Shown in pieces: positions 1 to 9,459 of a DNA stretch of 64,000 nt. The notes under the pieces were generated by a model. The model saw only the letters and a program-made list of their open reading frames with translations. It was not told the origin of the DNA and did not search any database. The stretch's first letter is position 1. Every line of letters begins with the position of its first letter. The position numbers and the translations under genes are program-made. The stretch covers positions 544,001 to 608,000 of the forward strand of contig OZ244905.1 in assembly GCA_965221695.1 (NCBI GenBank). The letters are read 5' to 3'. This DNA comes from Gammaproteobacteria bacterium (GTDB lineage Bacteria; Pseudomonadota; Gammaproteobacteria; Eutrophobiales; Eutrophobiaceae).

Positions 1-144
1 TGATGCTTGCGCATATTCGTTTGCAAGTGTCATTGCAGTCGCCCCTTTAGCATAGATTTGGAAAATAATACCTAAAGACGCGGCAGTGATGGTGAAAGCG
101 ACCAGGACTTCAATCAGGGTAAATCCGTAGAGGCGTCGGGACAT
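1..144 (-). CDS. gspI: Type II secretion minor pseudopilin GspI (5' part; runs off window)
   Basis: Manual translation MSRRLYGFTLIEVLVAFTITAASLGIIFQIY: prepilin cleavage/N-methylation motif G|FTLIE; directly follows gspH. Confidence 0.8.
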   Translation of the reverse strand, partial: MSRRLYGFTLIEVLVAFTITAASLGIIFQIYAKGATAMTLANEYAQAS

Positions 145-145
145 A

Positions 146-589
146 TTATTGGTTATTGGCAGTCACCCGGCCGGTTATCCAGTCTACCTGGATATAAGCA
201 ACAAACTCTCCTTGTTGCATACGAATTTGTCCTCCCGTTGAACTGCCGTCGGGGTAGAAGCGGATGGCGCCTTCATGCGACGATAGCTGCTCCTGTTGCG
301 CGGTGACCAAGGCGAGGGTTACATCATCCGGAAGATGCAAATCACGGCGCTTGCCTGTAACAGACATCGAACCCTCCTCCACATTGAGGTCAAGCGTTAC
401 CGATTGTCCCGATCTCATGGCAGAACTCCTGGCCAGGCGTAAGCCGGAAACCAGTTCCCGTTGCGCGCTTTTGATTTGCATATTCTCAATACTTCCGGGC
501 AGCAATGGCAACGTAATGGCTGACAGCAATGCCAAAATACTCAACACAATGAGTAGCTCGAACAAGGTAAAACCGCTTTGTGAAAACAT
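146..589 (-). CDS. gspH: Type II secretion pseudopilin GspH (GspH/FimT family)
   Basis: QSGFTLFELL prepilin motif; C-terminal IRFYPDGSSTGG...VDWITGRV typical of GspH/XpsH. Confidence 0.85.
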   Translation of the reverse strand: MFSQSGFTLFELLIVLSILALLSAITLPLLPGSIENMQIKSAQRELVSGLRLARSSAMRSGQSVTLDLNVEEGSMSVTGKRRDLHLPDDVTLALVTAQQEQLSSHEGAIRFYPDGSSTGGQIRMQQGEFVAYIQVDWITGRVTANNQ

Positions 590-603
590 TTTCTGCAGAC
601 TGG

Positions 604-1830
604 CTAAATCACGAGTTCATTCATGCTGAGAACAGCCTGTAATACCGCGATAATGATGAGCGCGATCAAGCCACCTAAAATCAGGATCAGTATCGGTTCA
701 AGGATGGTTAATAAACGTTTCGTAACAGTACGCGTCTCATTGTCACAGATATCGGCAATCTTTATCAGCATGGTTTCCAATTGGCCACTCTCTTCACCAA
801 TCTCGATCAGTTGCACCGCCAAATCAGGACATACGCCTGAGTCTTTCAAAGGTTTCGTCATAGACTGACCTTGTTCAAGATTAGTCGCCATGGCGCTGAC
901 TATCCGGGCGATGAAACGATTGTTTATCAACTCTTTGACCAGTCCGATACCAGTCAGCAAGGGCACACCATTAGTCACAGCCGTGCCTAGAGTGCGCGCG
1001 AATCTTGCCATCTCCATTTGTTTGATAATAACGCCGATGTAAGGCAGGTTTAGACGCCATCTGTCGAAGCGCAAACGGAAGGCGGCATTTGATAAACATT
1101 TATCTATGCTCCAGAACAAGATTACAAACAAGCACAACAACGCCCACCAATATTGTTGGAACAGCGCAGAGAACGAAAAGACAACCCGTGTTAGCCAGGG
1201 CAAACTGTAGTTCGCATCATCAAACAACAGCACAAATTCCGGCACGACAAATAACATCAGGACAATCAGCGACAAAATCGAAAACCCTACCAGCACAGCC
1301 GGATAGATCAGCGCAGTAATTACAGAAGCGCGCAGTTCTGACATGCGTTCCAGAAAATCAGCCAGGCGTTTGGTCACCACATCCAAGGCGCCACTGGCCT
1401 CCCCGGCTTTGATCATATTGATATATAAATTATCGAATACACCGGACTGCGCCGCCAGCGCTGCCGATAAGCTTGCGCCGCTTTGTATTTCCTGTAACAG
1501 ATTTTGCAATAACCGCTGTGCCGGCGGGGCAAGGTCAAGCTGACTTAAAATACGCAGCGCATTATCCAACGGCAAGCCTGCTTCCAATAATGTTGCCAGT
1601 TCCCGGGTAATCAGATTCAACTCTTTCTGTGTGATTTTGTTTTGTTGCCGCCAAAATGAAGAGCGTATTAAATCAAACCAATTCCCGGACCTGATTTCTT
1701 CGGCGCTTACAGGTAAATAGCCTGCGCTCTGCAATTTGATAATGGCTGACTCTTTGGAAATGGCGTCTATTACGCCCTGAAAAGTCTCACCCTTTTGGAG
1801 AGAGACTGCTTTGTATTTGAACTGAGGCAT
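604..1830 (-). CDS. gspF: Type II secretion inner-membrane platform protein GspF
   Basis: RELATLLEAGLPL, MIKAGEASG, IGEESGQL, LEPILI motifs; 408 aa. Confidence 0.92.
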   Translation of the reverse strand: MPQFKYKAVSLQKGETFQGVIDAISKESAIIKLQSAGYLPVSAEEIRSGNWFDLIRSSFWRQQNKITQKELNLITRELATLLEAGLPLDNALRILSQLDLAPPAQRLLQNLLQEIQSGASLSAALAAQSGVFDNLYINMIKAGEASGALDVVTKRLADFLERMSELRASVITALIYPAVLVGFSILSLIVLMLFVVPEFVLLFDDANYSLPWLTRVVFSFSALFQQYWWALLCLFVILFWSIDKCLSNAAFRLRFDRWRLNLPYIGVIIKQMEMARFARTLGTAVTNGVPLLTGIGLVKELINNRFIARIVSAMATNLEQGQSMTKPLKDSGVCPDLAVQLIEIGEESGQLETMLIKIADICDNETRTVTKRLLTILEPILILILGGLIALIIIAVLQAVLSMNELVI

Positions 1831-1848
1831 TGCGCGCGCTGATTTGCG

Positions 1849-4020
1849 TCAAGAAGCGCTTTTTTGCGGATATTGTTTGGGAGGGGTTAGCCCGCGCAGC
1901 TTGCGCTTGAATTCTTCAGTTACTTCCCTTGCCTCATTACGGTTGCGTATCACTTGCGGCGTAATCATCACCAACAGTTCGGTGCGCCGCAGTTCATCTC
2001 GGCTATTCCCAAACAGCCTGCCCAGAAGAGGAAGCCTGTAAAGGATGGGTATGCCGGACTTGGCATCGGCTGCCGTATCCTGTATCAGCCCTCCCAGTAT
2101 AATTGTTTCCCCTGAATTGATCGCGACGGCGCTTTGAATCTGGCGCTGCTGGATGGTCGGCGCGTTAAGACTGGATGAAGCGGTAGCGACAGCATTGCTG
2201 ACTTCCTGTTCGATTTCCAACGTCACCAGACCGCTGCTGTTGACCCGCGGCGTCACCGTCAATGATACGCCTGTTTGCCTGAATTGGATCTCGTTGACCG
2301 TCGGCGCATCCGGGTTGATATTGCTGATAGATTGACGAGTAGGGACAGGAATTTCATTGCCGACTTTTATAACCGCCGTCTGATTATCCAATACCATCAA
2401 AGATGGTGAAGATAATACGTTGACTTCTGTCTCCTCCTGCAAAGCGTTTAATGCAAATCGAACCCGGTCAGCATTGTCTATCACAGTATAGGAGAACGAG
2501 GGACTCAGCGCAGAGATGCCGGAATTACCCAAATCCAGAATGCCGCGACCTTCGTTTATATTTCCACCTTCAATATTGTTCTTAAAATACCACTCAACAC
2601 CGAAATCGAGTTCATCTTTCAAACTGACTTCAACAATACTCGCTTCAATCAACACCTGTAAAGGCGCTACATCCAGCTTGACGAGGGCCGCCTTAACCAT
2701 CTTGTAATCCTGGGGCGTGGCAAGGATTACCAGAGCATTACGCACATCATCGGCGATGATTTCGACCGATTGCTCAGACGGCAAAGCCATTCCCGCGCCT
2801 GCATGGCCAGGGGCCTGAATTGTATCCAACCGGCTATCAGCCAAACCGCTGCTCACGGATTGGCTGTCATCTGCACTGATCTCCACCGGCCGCAGACCGG
2901 GCGCCAATCCGGCCTGCGGTATAGTTTGCGCGCCTGCAGATGCGGCCGAAAAAATCTGTCCAAGAATCCTGCCCAGGTCTATCGCCTTGGCATTTTGCAC
3001 ATTATAGACATACAAATGTTTACCGATTGCCTCGCCCGGCCGGTCCAGACGGTGTATCCAAATCTCAACCTCTCTCAGCGCGGACTGTGTGGAACTTATC
3101 AACAGTATTGATTGAAGTCGTTTAATCGGCACGGTTCGCACCAACCCGCCAAGCAGCTCATTGCCGGGTTCAATATCGATCGCGCCGATGATACTTTCCA
3201 GTTCATTTCTCATTATCTCAGCATCGACATATTCCAATGGGTACAGACCAACCGACATTCCGCGTAACCAATCGACATCAAAAACTTCCACCGCATCTTG
3301 TAACGCGGTTATTTTTTGCCGTGTGCCGGAAATAATGAGCAGGTTTCTTTTGCGGTCTATACGGAGTTCACCGCCTTCTGTCATAAACGGCTCCAGGATC
3401 TTTTGCATCTCCTGGGCCGCAATAAATTTAAGCGGGATGATTCTGACCGAGTGGCCTGCAACAATCTCTCGTGACAAGAGCGGTGACAGGTTGTTATTCA
3501 GAGAGTGACTCTTTGGCAGCGCCTGGTATAGGTTATCTTTGCGTAGCAGCGTTGCGCCATTCATAGCCAGGATATTTTCCAGCAACTCCGGCAAACCTGA
3601 TTTATCGAACGGCTGCGCGGTGGCTATCGTAACTTTTCCTGTCACACCCTCGTCTATAATATAATTCACTCCCAACAAGTCGCCTAACACTACCTTGATA
3701 AATTCCCTGATATCCGTATCCTCAAAGTTCAGGATAATATTGCCTTCAACATCGACTTCTTTATCTTTTGGCGGCGCGGTGGCAACATATTCACCTGTGC
3801 CAAGTTCCAGAATTTGCTGCCTGCCTTTTCTAAGAGGTCGTTGCAGGTTTGGTGAAATGACAGCTTTTCTATCGTCCTCGAGAGGCAAGGCCTCAACATC
3901 GCCGGTTTCCGTCCTGATCTGTGCTGGCACGGACTTTTCCTGAACAGGCGCCTGACTGCAAGCCGCGACGGCTAACAGCAAGATGAACGAAATTGACAAA
4001 AAATGTGCTCGCATACACAT
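1849..4020 (-). CDS. gspD: Type II secretion secretin GspD (probable lipoprotein)
   Basis: LNFEDTDIREFI N0 domain, QVLIEASIVEV, VLSSPSLMVLDN, GIPILYRLPLLGRLF, RTELLVMITP; lipobox-like AVAAC. Confidence 0.93.
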   Translation of the reverse strand: MCMRAHFLSISFILLLAVAACSQAPVQEKSVPAQIRTETGDVEALPLEDDRKAVISPNLQRPLRKGRQQILELGTGEYVATAPPKDKEVDVEGNIILNFEDTDIREFIKVVLGDLLGVNYIIDEGVTGKVTIATAQPFDKSGLPELLENILAMNGATLLRKDNLYQALPKSHSLNNNLSPLLSREIVAGHSVRIIPLKFIAAQEMQKILEPFMTEGGELRIDRKRNLLIISGTRQKITALQDAVEVFDVDWLRGMSVGLYPLEYVDAEIMRNELESIIGAIDIEPGNELLGGLVRTVPIKRLQSILLISSTQSALREVEIWIHRLDRPGEAIGKHLYVYNVQNAKAIDLGRILGQIFSAASAGAQTIPQAGLAPGLRPVEISADDSQSVSSGLADSRLDTIQAPGHAGAGMALPSEQSVEIIADDVRNALVILATPQDYKMVKAALVKLDVAPLQVLIEASIVEVSLKDELDFGVEWYFKNNIEGGNINEGRGILDLGNSGISALSPSFSYTVIDNADRVRFALNALQEETEVNVLSSPSLMVLDNQTAVIKVGNEIPVPTRQSISNINPDAPTVNEIQFRQTGVSLTVTPRVNSSGLVTLEIEQEVSNAVATASSSLNAPTIQQRQIQSAVAINSGETIILGGLIQDTAADAKSGIPILYRLPLLGRLFGNSRDELRRTELLVMITPQVIRNRNEAREVTEEFKRKLRGLTPPKQYPQKSAS

Positions 4021-4188
4021 AACAGAACTCAGTACAGTACTGGTAAAGATATTTTATAATATTTATATTATATACTCTAAAAAAGTTAAGAATGATATTT
4101 TTGCCAGAGTCGCCTTTCAGACGCCACAGTTTGATGGTATATCAGATACAATCGTTCCCTGCGCCTACAATGGAAAAACACCTGATGA

Positions 4189-4851
4189 ATGAGTCGAATG
4201 ATGCAAAATGAAACTACAAAAAACGACAGCGAGTTGCGTAAATTGCCAATCATTGCGGTACTGCGCGGGATCAATCCAGAGCAAGTCGTAAGTGTGGGAG
4301 AGGCGCTGACCCAGTCCGGTATTATGATCATGGAGGTCACGCTGAATTCGCCGTCGCCTTATACGTCTATTCAAAGACTTTCGCAACGGTTTGCAACGGA
4401 GATACTGGTGGGCGCCGGCACAGTCACCCGTGTGGAACAAGTGCATAAAGTCAAGCAAGCAGGCGGCCGCCTTATCGTAGCGCCGAACATGGATACGGAT
4501 GTGATTCAGAGCGCAAAATCGCAAGGGTTACTCGCCATCCCCGGCTGTTTCACACCAACGGAAGTGTTTACCGCAATCAAGGCGGGCGCCGATGCGATTA
4601 AGCTGTTTCCGGCAGAAATGCTATCCCCCGCAGCCGTCAAGGCAATGCGCGCGGCGCTGCCAGCGGATCTGATGCTGTTTGTGGTGGGAGGGATCAATGC
4701 CGGCAACATGCTGGACTACCTGCGGCAAGGAGCGGATGGCGTCGGAACAGGATCGTCTTTATATAAACCGGGAAAAACCCTGTCAGACATAGCTGCCGAC
4801 GCTACAGCGCTTGTGCAGACTTTCAACGCTGGGAATCCAGTCAAACTATGA
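4189..4851 (+). CDS. dgoA: 2-dehydro-3-deoxy-6-phosphogalactonate aldolase (KDPG/KHG aldolase family)
   Basis: LPIIAVLRG, EVTLNSP, VGAGTV, PGCFTPTE, KLFPAE, GTGSSLYKPG; start could be one of the nearby Met codons. Confidence 0.8.
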   Translation: MSRMMQNETTKNDSELRKLPIIAVLRGINPEQVVSVGEALTQSGIMIMEVTLNSPSPYTSIQRLSQRFATEILVGAGTVTRVEQVHKVKQAGGRLIVAPNMDTDVIQSAKSQGLLAIPGCFTPTEVFTAIKAGADAIKLFPAEMLSPAAVKAMRAALPADLMLFVVGGINAGNMLDYLRQGADGVGTGSSLYKPGKTLSDIAADATALVQTFNAGNPVKL

Positions 4852-4882
4852 CGCTACACCGCCTCTCTTTCTGAATGTTGTC

Positions 4883-4973
4883 TGCGTTAGTCTGCGCATC
4901 TCCTGAAAATATGCGTTAATCTGCCCAATCTCCTGATAATATATTTGCGATAATCTGCGTCATCTGCGGATAA
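4883..4973. repeat. Three degenerate ~30-bp tandem units (TGCGTTAATCTGCGCATCTCCTGA-like)
   Basis: Units start at 4883, 4912 and 4946; related ATCTGCG motifs occur on the opposite strand at ~39870-39911. Confidence 0.55.
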
Positions 4974-4982
4974 GATCGTATT

Positions 4983-6752
4983 ATGTATAAAATTTGCCTT
5001 TTGTTATCTATATCCATCAATATGCTTGCCGCGGCGGTAGCGCAAGAATTTCCGGGGCCAGACTGGCAGGATCAGAGGTCGCCGCTGGCCAGCCCCGACG
5101 CTTACCCTGGCGGCGAGCTCAGTTTCTGGTCAGGCCCCTTCCCCAAGAGTTTCAACTACTACCTGGACACCACCGTTACTTCCAGCTATCTTTTCAACCT
5201 GATGTATGAAAACCTGTTGAGTGTCAACGGGTTGAGCCTTGAATTTGAACCAGCCCTGGCTGCGTCATGGTCTGTTTCCCCGGATCGGCTGACGTTTGAG
5301 TTCAGGTTGGATAAACGGGCCCGTTGGAGCGATGGCGTCCCCATCAGCGCCCAAGACGTAGCATGGACTTATACGGCCGTAATGGACCCAAAAAACCTGA
5401 CGGGTCCACACAAAATAGCCTTCGAGCGATTTCATCCGCCGGAAGTCATCGATGCGCGCACAATTCGTTTCACGGCCCGAGAAGTTCATTGGAAGAACCT
5501 GCTTTCGTTGGGATCGTTCCATGTGCTGCCGGCCCATGCCTTCAAGGATCTGGATTTCAACAAGATTAACTTCGAGTTTCCGGTAGTGGCGGGACCCTAC
5601 GCCGTTGATTCGGTGCGGGAAGGCATTGCCCTGACACTGAAACGCCGCCAGGATTGGTGGCAGCGGAACAGGCCAAGCGCGCGCGGCACAGCCAATTTCG
5701 ATCGATTAAAATTCCGTTTTTTTGCTGAGCGTGAGAACGCGTTTGCTGAATTCAAGACCGGCAAGCTGGACTTCTATCCTGTTTCCACCGCCTCGCGTTG
5801 GGCCACGGAAACCCGCGGCAAGGCCTACGATAACAACTGGATCATCAAGCAGCAAGTATATAACTATCAGCCGATCGGCTTCCAGGGATTCGCCATGAAC
5901 ATGCGTCGGGAAAAGTTTGCCGACCGTCGGGTGCGCCTCGCTCTTGCTCACCTGCTGGACCGGGCCAGAATGAACCGGACAATCATGTATGAATCCTATT
6001 TTCTGCATCAATGCTATTTTGAAGACTTGTACGATGAACAAACGCCTTGTAGGGGGCCGGCAATCGGCTTCGACAAGGATGAGGCCCGGCGTCTGCTGCA
6101 AGTAGCCGGCTGGGAGGTCAACAAACAAACCGGATTGCTGGAAAAAAACGGCCAATCTTTTATCATTCATTTTCTGACACGCAGTCAGAGCTCGGATAAA
6201 TTTTTGGCAATCTACCAGGAAGACCTTAACGATGTCGGCATACAACTGGAAATCGTCAGAAAGGACTGGGCAGCCTGGATAAAGGACATGGATGAATTCA
6301 ACTTTGACATGACCTGGGCGGCCTGGAGCGCGGCCCTGTTCAAGGATCCGGAATCCCTGTGGCATTCAAGAGAAGCAGACCGGTCAGGCGGGCAAAACAT
6401 CACCGGTTATAAAAATTCCGACATCGATGCCATGATCGAGACTCTTAGAACAGAGTTCGATATCAATAAGCGGCATGTGATAATCAGGGAGATGGACGCG
6501 CGCCTTGCCAACGATATCCCTTATATCCTGCTCTGGAACCTGAACTACCGGCGCCTGTTGTACTGGAACAAGTTCGGCGCGCCTGTGACTGTGCTCCCCA
6601 AGTATGCCGGCGCGGCAGGCGCTTATTCATTCTGGTGGCTCGACGAGGATTCCGCAGCCGACCTCGAATATGCCCGAGAGATGGAGCTACCCCTCCCCGG
6701 CCGGAATGAAATCATTCATTTTGACGAGGTCTTTGCGCAGCCATTACAATGA
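4983..6752 (+). CDS. yejA: Peptide ABC transporter substrate-binding protein, YejA-like (family 5)
   Basis: Signal peptide; ARWSDGVPISAQDV, GPYAV, FADRRVRLALAH, WHSREAD motifs; first gene of a yej-like operon. Confidence 0.8.
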   Translation: MYKICLLLSISINMLAAAVAQEFPGPDWQDQRSPLASPDAYPGGELSFWSGPFPKSFNYYLDTTVTSSYLFNLMYENLLSVNGLSLEFEPALAASWSVSPDRLTFEFRLDKRARWSDGVPISAQDVAWTYTAVMDPKNLTGPHKIAFERFHPPEVIDARTIRFTAREVHWKNLLSLGSFHVLPAHAFKDLDFNKINFEFPVVAGPYAVDSVREGIALTLKRRQDWWQRNRPSARGTANFDRLKFRFFAERENAFAEFKTGKLDFYPVSTASRWATETRGKAYDNNWIIKQQVYNYQPIGFQGFAMNMRREKFADRRVRLALAHLLDRARMNRTIMYESYFLHQCYFEDLYDEQTPCRGPAIGFDKDEARRLLQVAGWEVNKQTGLLEKNGQSFIIHFLTRSQSSDKFLAIYQEDLNDVGIQLEIVRKDWAAWIKDMDEFNFDMTWAAWSAALFKDPESLWHSREADRSGGQNITGYKNSDIDAMIETLRTEFDINKRHVIIREMDARLANDIPYILLWNLNYRRLLYWNKFGAPVTVLPKYAGAAGAYSFWWLDEDSAADLEYAREMELPLPGRNEIIHFDEVFAQPLQ

Positions 6753-6814
6753 CAGTCCGGGCCAACCTGCCCAGCAGGTGGCCAGACAGCAACAACCCCT
6801 TTTACAATTCAGCA

Positions 6815-7858
6815 ATGGAACGTACCCACTACATAATCAGGCGCCTGCTGCTGGTGATTCCGACTTTCATCGGTATAACCCTGGCGTGTTTCGCCCTGTG
6901 CCAGTTTGTTCCCGGAGGGCCGGTGGAGCAGGCAATTATGGCGATGCGCGGCATCGGCGATGGCTCCGTCGATGCGGCAGCAAGCGCTGGGCCCAGCGGG
7001 ATTTCCCCTGAACAGCGCATGGCGCTGGAGCAGCATTTCGGATTTGACAAACCTCTACTGGAACGCTACTGGAAATGGCTGGTTGAAGACCGTATCGGCA
7101 TGTCGGTCGATTCCTACAAGTACCCGAACAAAACAGTGCTGCAACTTATTATCGAACGTTTCCCGGTATCGTTGATATTCGGCTTGACCGGTTTCTTCCT
7201 GACCTACCTGATCTGTGTCCCCCTGGGGATAGCCAAAGCCATTCGCCACGGATCCTGGTTTGACGTTTCCAGCAGTGTGCTGGTGTTTATCGGTTATGCC
7301 ATCCCCGCGTTCGCGTTTGGCATGTTATTAAAGATGTTCTTCTCAGGCACGACGGAAGGTCTGTGGGATATCTTCCCCGTTAGCGGTTTTACCTCAGAAA
7401 ACTTTGCTGAACTGTCCGCGCCGGACAAGGCCAAAGACCTGTTTATGCATATGTTCCTGCCGGTCACCTGCTATATGATTGGCAACTTTGCGGTACTCAC
7501 GCTACTCATGAAGAACAGCTTGCTGGAGCAGATCAGCCAGGACTATGTGCGCACCGTGCTGGCTAAGGGCGCTACCTTCAGGCGCGCCGTCTGGGGGCAT
7601 GCTTTTCGCAATTCATTAATTCCAATTGCCACCGGCTTCGGCAGTATTTTTACCTTGATCTTTGCCGGTTCGGTGCTGATTGAAAAGGTATTTGAAATCC
7701 CCGGCATGGGCCTGCTGAGCCTTGATGCCATCGTCAGCCGTGATTACATGGTGTTCATGGGCATTCTGGCGCTGACCTCCATGCTCGCTCTAATCGGCAG
7801 AATCTTCTCGGACATCTGTTACATGCTGATCGATCCACGCATACATTTTGACGCATGA
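6815..7858 (+). CDS. yejB: Peptide ABC transporter permease, YejB-like
   Basis: YIIRRLLLVIPT, QFVPGGPVEQ, GFDKPLLERY, LMKNSLLEQ...YVRTVLAKG EAA loop; start moved from 6749 to the ATG at 6815. Confidence 0.85.
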   Translation: MERTHYIIRRLLLVIPTFIGITLACFALCQFVPGGPVEQAIMAMRGIGDGSVDAAASAGPSGISPEQRMALEQHFGFDKPLLERYWKWLVEDRIGMSVDSYKYPNKTVLQLIIERFPVSLIFGLTGFFLTYLICVPLGIAKAIRHGSWFDVSSSVLVFIGYAIPAFAFGMLLKMFFSGTTEGLWDIFPVSGFTSENFAELSAPDKAKDLFMHMFLPVTCYMIGNFAVLTLLMKNSLLEQISQDYVRTVLAKGATFRRAVWGHAFRNSLIPIATGFGSIFTLIFAGSVLIEKVFEIPGMGLLSLDAIVSRDYMVFMGILALTSMLALIGRIFSDICYMLIDPRIHFDA

Positions 7859-9447
7859 GCGGCTGGTTTGATCCCATTACACGCAAGCGCTTGCAGCGGT
7901 TTCGCGAGTACAAACGGGCTTATTATTCCCTGCTGATCCTCGCGATTTTGTATGCCGCAAGTCTGATGGCGGAACTGTTCTGTAATGATCGTCCGTTGTA
8001 TGTGCATTATGAAGGCAAGTCCTATTTTCCCGTCCTGTTCTTCTACCCGGAGGATACTTTCACCGGCAACGGGCGCATGACTCGTCCGGACTACAAAACG
8101 ATCAACATGTCCTCCGCATTCAATAAAAACGAGGACAACCACATGGTGTTCCCGCTGGCGCCATTCGGTCCCAACGAGATCATCAAGGCTTCCTCCATCC
8201 CAGTTGGAGATGAGGTGGAAATCCGGGTGCGGCAGGCTCCCAGAGTGGCGTCCGTTAACATCGACAGAGATTTCATCATTCATCGGGAGCAGCGCGCAGC
8301 GTGGTTTTTTTCTCCGGATAAGGACAGACGCTCCATAGTCGGTCTTGATTTCAATGCCATCTACCCGCTCCCAGCGCCTTTTGTCGACGCGCTGGAACTG
8401 CGCTTCGCAAACCAGCCCGCTGCCCCCTATTCCATAAGGCGTCGATCCGGATCGGACGCAGCAGAAGTGGAACTAAGCTTGTCGCCCTATAAACCACGCG
8501 CCAGGCCGCCTGACACAGCGCGGGTATTGTTGCGGGAAGCAACGGGAGAAAGTTTGCGGGAAAACTGGCTTTATACGCCTGACGACCAACGAATCAACGC
8601 CGGCAGCGCGTTATGGGAGTCCCTGCCGGCAGAAAGTAAAGAACAACTGCGCGCGCGCGCCGCTGCGCGTATGGATGCCCCCGTCAGCGACCTGCTGCTG
8701 GAACATAATGGAGCGCAATACCGTATAACCTTTTTCAAGGAGGACGTGCGTTTCCCGTTGCGACCGATCGGCCCGCACCTGTTCGGACTGGACGACTCCG
8801 GTCGGGACGTATTTGCGCGTATCTTTTACGGTCTGCGCACATCGCTTAATTTCGGTCTGTTGCTGGTGGTCACATCAATGCTGATAGGTGCCATTATCGG
8901 CGCGCTTCAGGGCTACTACGGCGGCAAGATTGACCTTACAGGCCAGCGCCTGACTGAAATCTGGGAGGCATTGCCGTTCCTGTACGTGCTGATACTACTG
9001 GGATCTGTCTACGGTCGCAGTTTTATCCTGTTACTGCTGGTTTATGGCCTGTTCAATTGGATTGGCATTTCCTATTACATGCGCGCCGAATTCCTACGCT
9101 TGCGCAACCAACAGTTTGTCGAAGCCGCCCAGTGTCTGGGATTGCCGGATCGGAAGATTCTGTTTCGGCACATACTACCCAATGCGCTGACACCGTTGAC
9201 GACGTTTTTCCCGTTCTCGCTGGTCGGCGCCATCGGCACGCTTGCCGCGCTGGACTACCTGGGGTTCGGCTTGCCGCCTCCCACCGCTAGCTGGGGGCAA
9301 CTGCTGGCACAGGCCCAAGGACAAGCGTACTGGTGGCTGATCCTGTACCCGAGCCTGGCGTTGTTCCTGGTCATTCTACTTTGTGTCTTCATCGGCGAGG
9401 GAGTGCGCAATGCCTTCGACCCCAGGAAGTTTACGCGCCTGGAGTAA
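7855..9447 (+). CDS. yejE: Peptide ABC transporter permease, YejE-like, with large extracytoplasmic insertion
   Basis: RLQRFREYKRAYYSL, AELFCNDRPL, GLDDSGRDVFARIFYG, MRAEFLRLR, LDYLGFGLP; 530 aa. Confidence 0.85.
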   Translation: MSGWFDPITRKRLQRFREYKRAYYSLLILAILYAASLMAELFCNDRPLYVHYEGKSYFPVLFFYPEDTFTGNGRMTRPDYKTINMSSAFNKNEDNHMVFPLAPFGPNEIIKASSIPVGDEVEIRVRQAPRVASVNIDRDFIIHREQRAAWFFSPDKDRRSIVGLDFNAIYPLPAPFVDALELRFANQPAAPYSIRRRSGSDAAEVELSLSPYKPRARPPDTARVLLREATGESLRENWLYTPDDQRINAGSALWESLPAESKEQLRARAAARMDAPVSDLLLEHNGAQYRITFFKEDVRFPLRPIGPHLFGLDDSGRDVFARIFYGLRTSLNFGLLLVVTSMLIGAIIGALQGYYGGKIDLTGQRLTEIWEALPFLYVLILLGSVYGRSFILLLLVYGLFNWIGISYYMRAEFLRLRNQQFVEAAQCLGLPDRKILFRHILPNALTPLTTFFPFSLVGAIGTLAALDYLGFGLPPPTASWGQLLAQAQGQAYWWLILYPSLALFLVILLCVFIGEGVRNAFDPRKFTRLE

Positions 9448-9459
9448 ACGAACCAAATC

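Noticed and set aside
4883-4973. Possible CRISPR array
   Set aside because: Units are degenerate and nearly abutting, with no unique spacers and no cas genes
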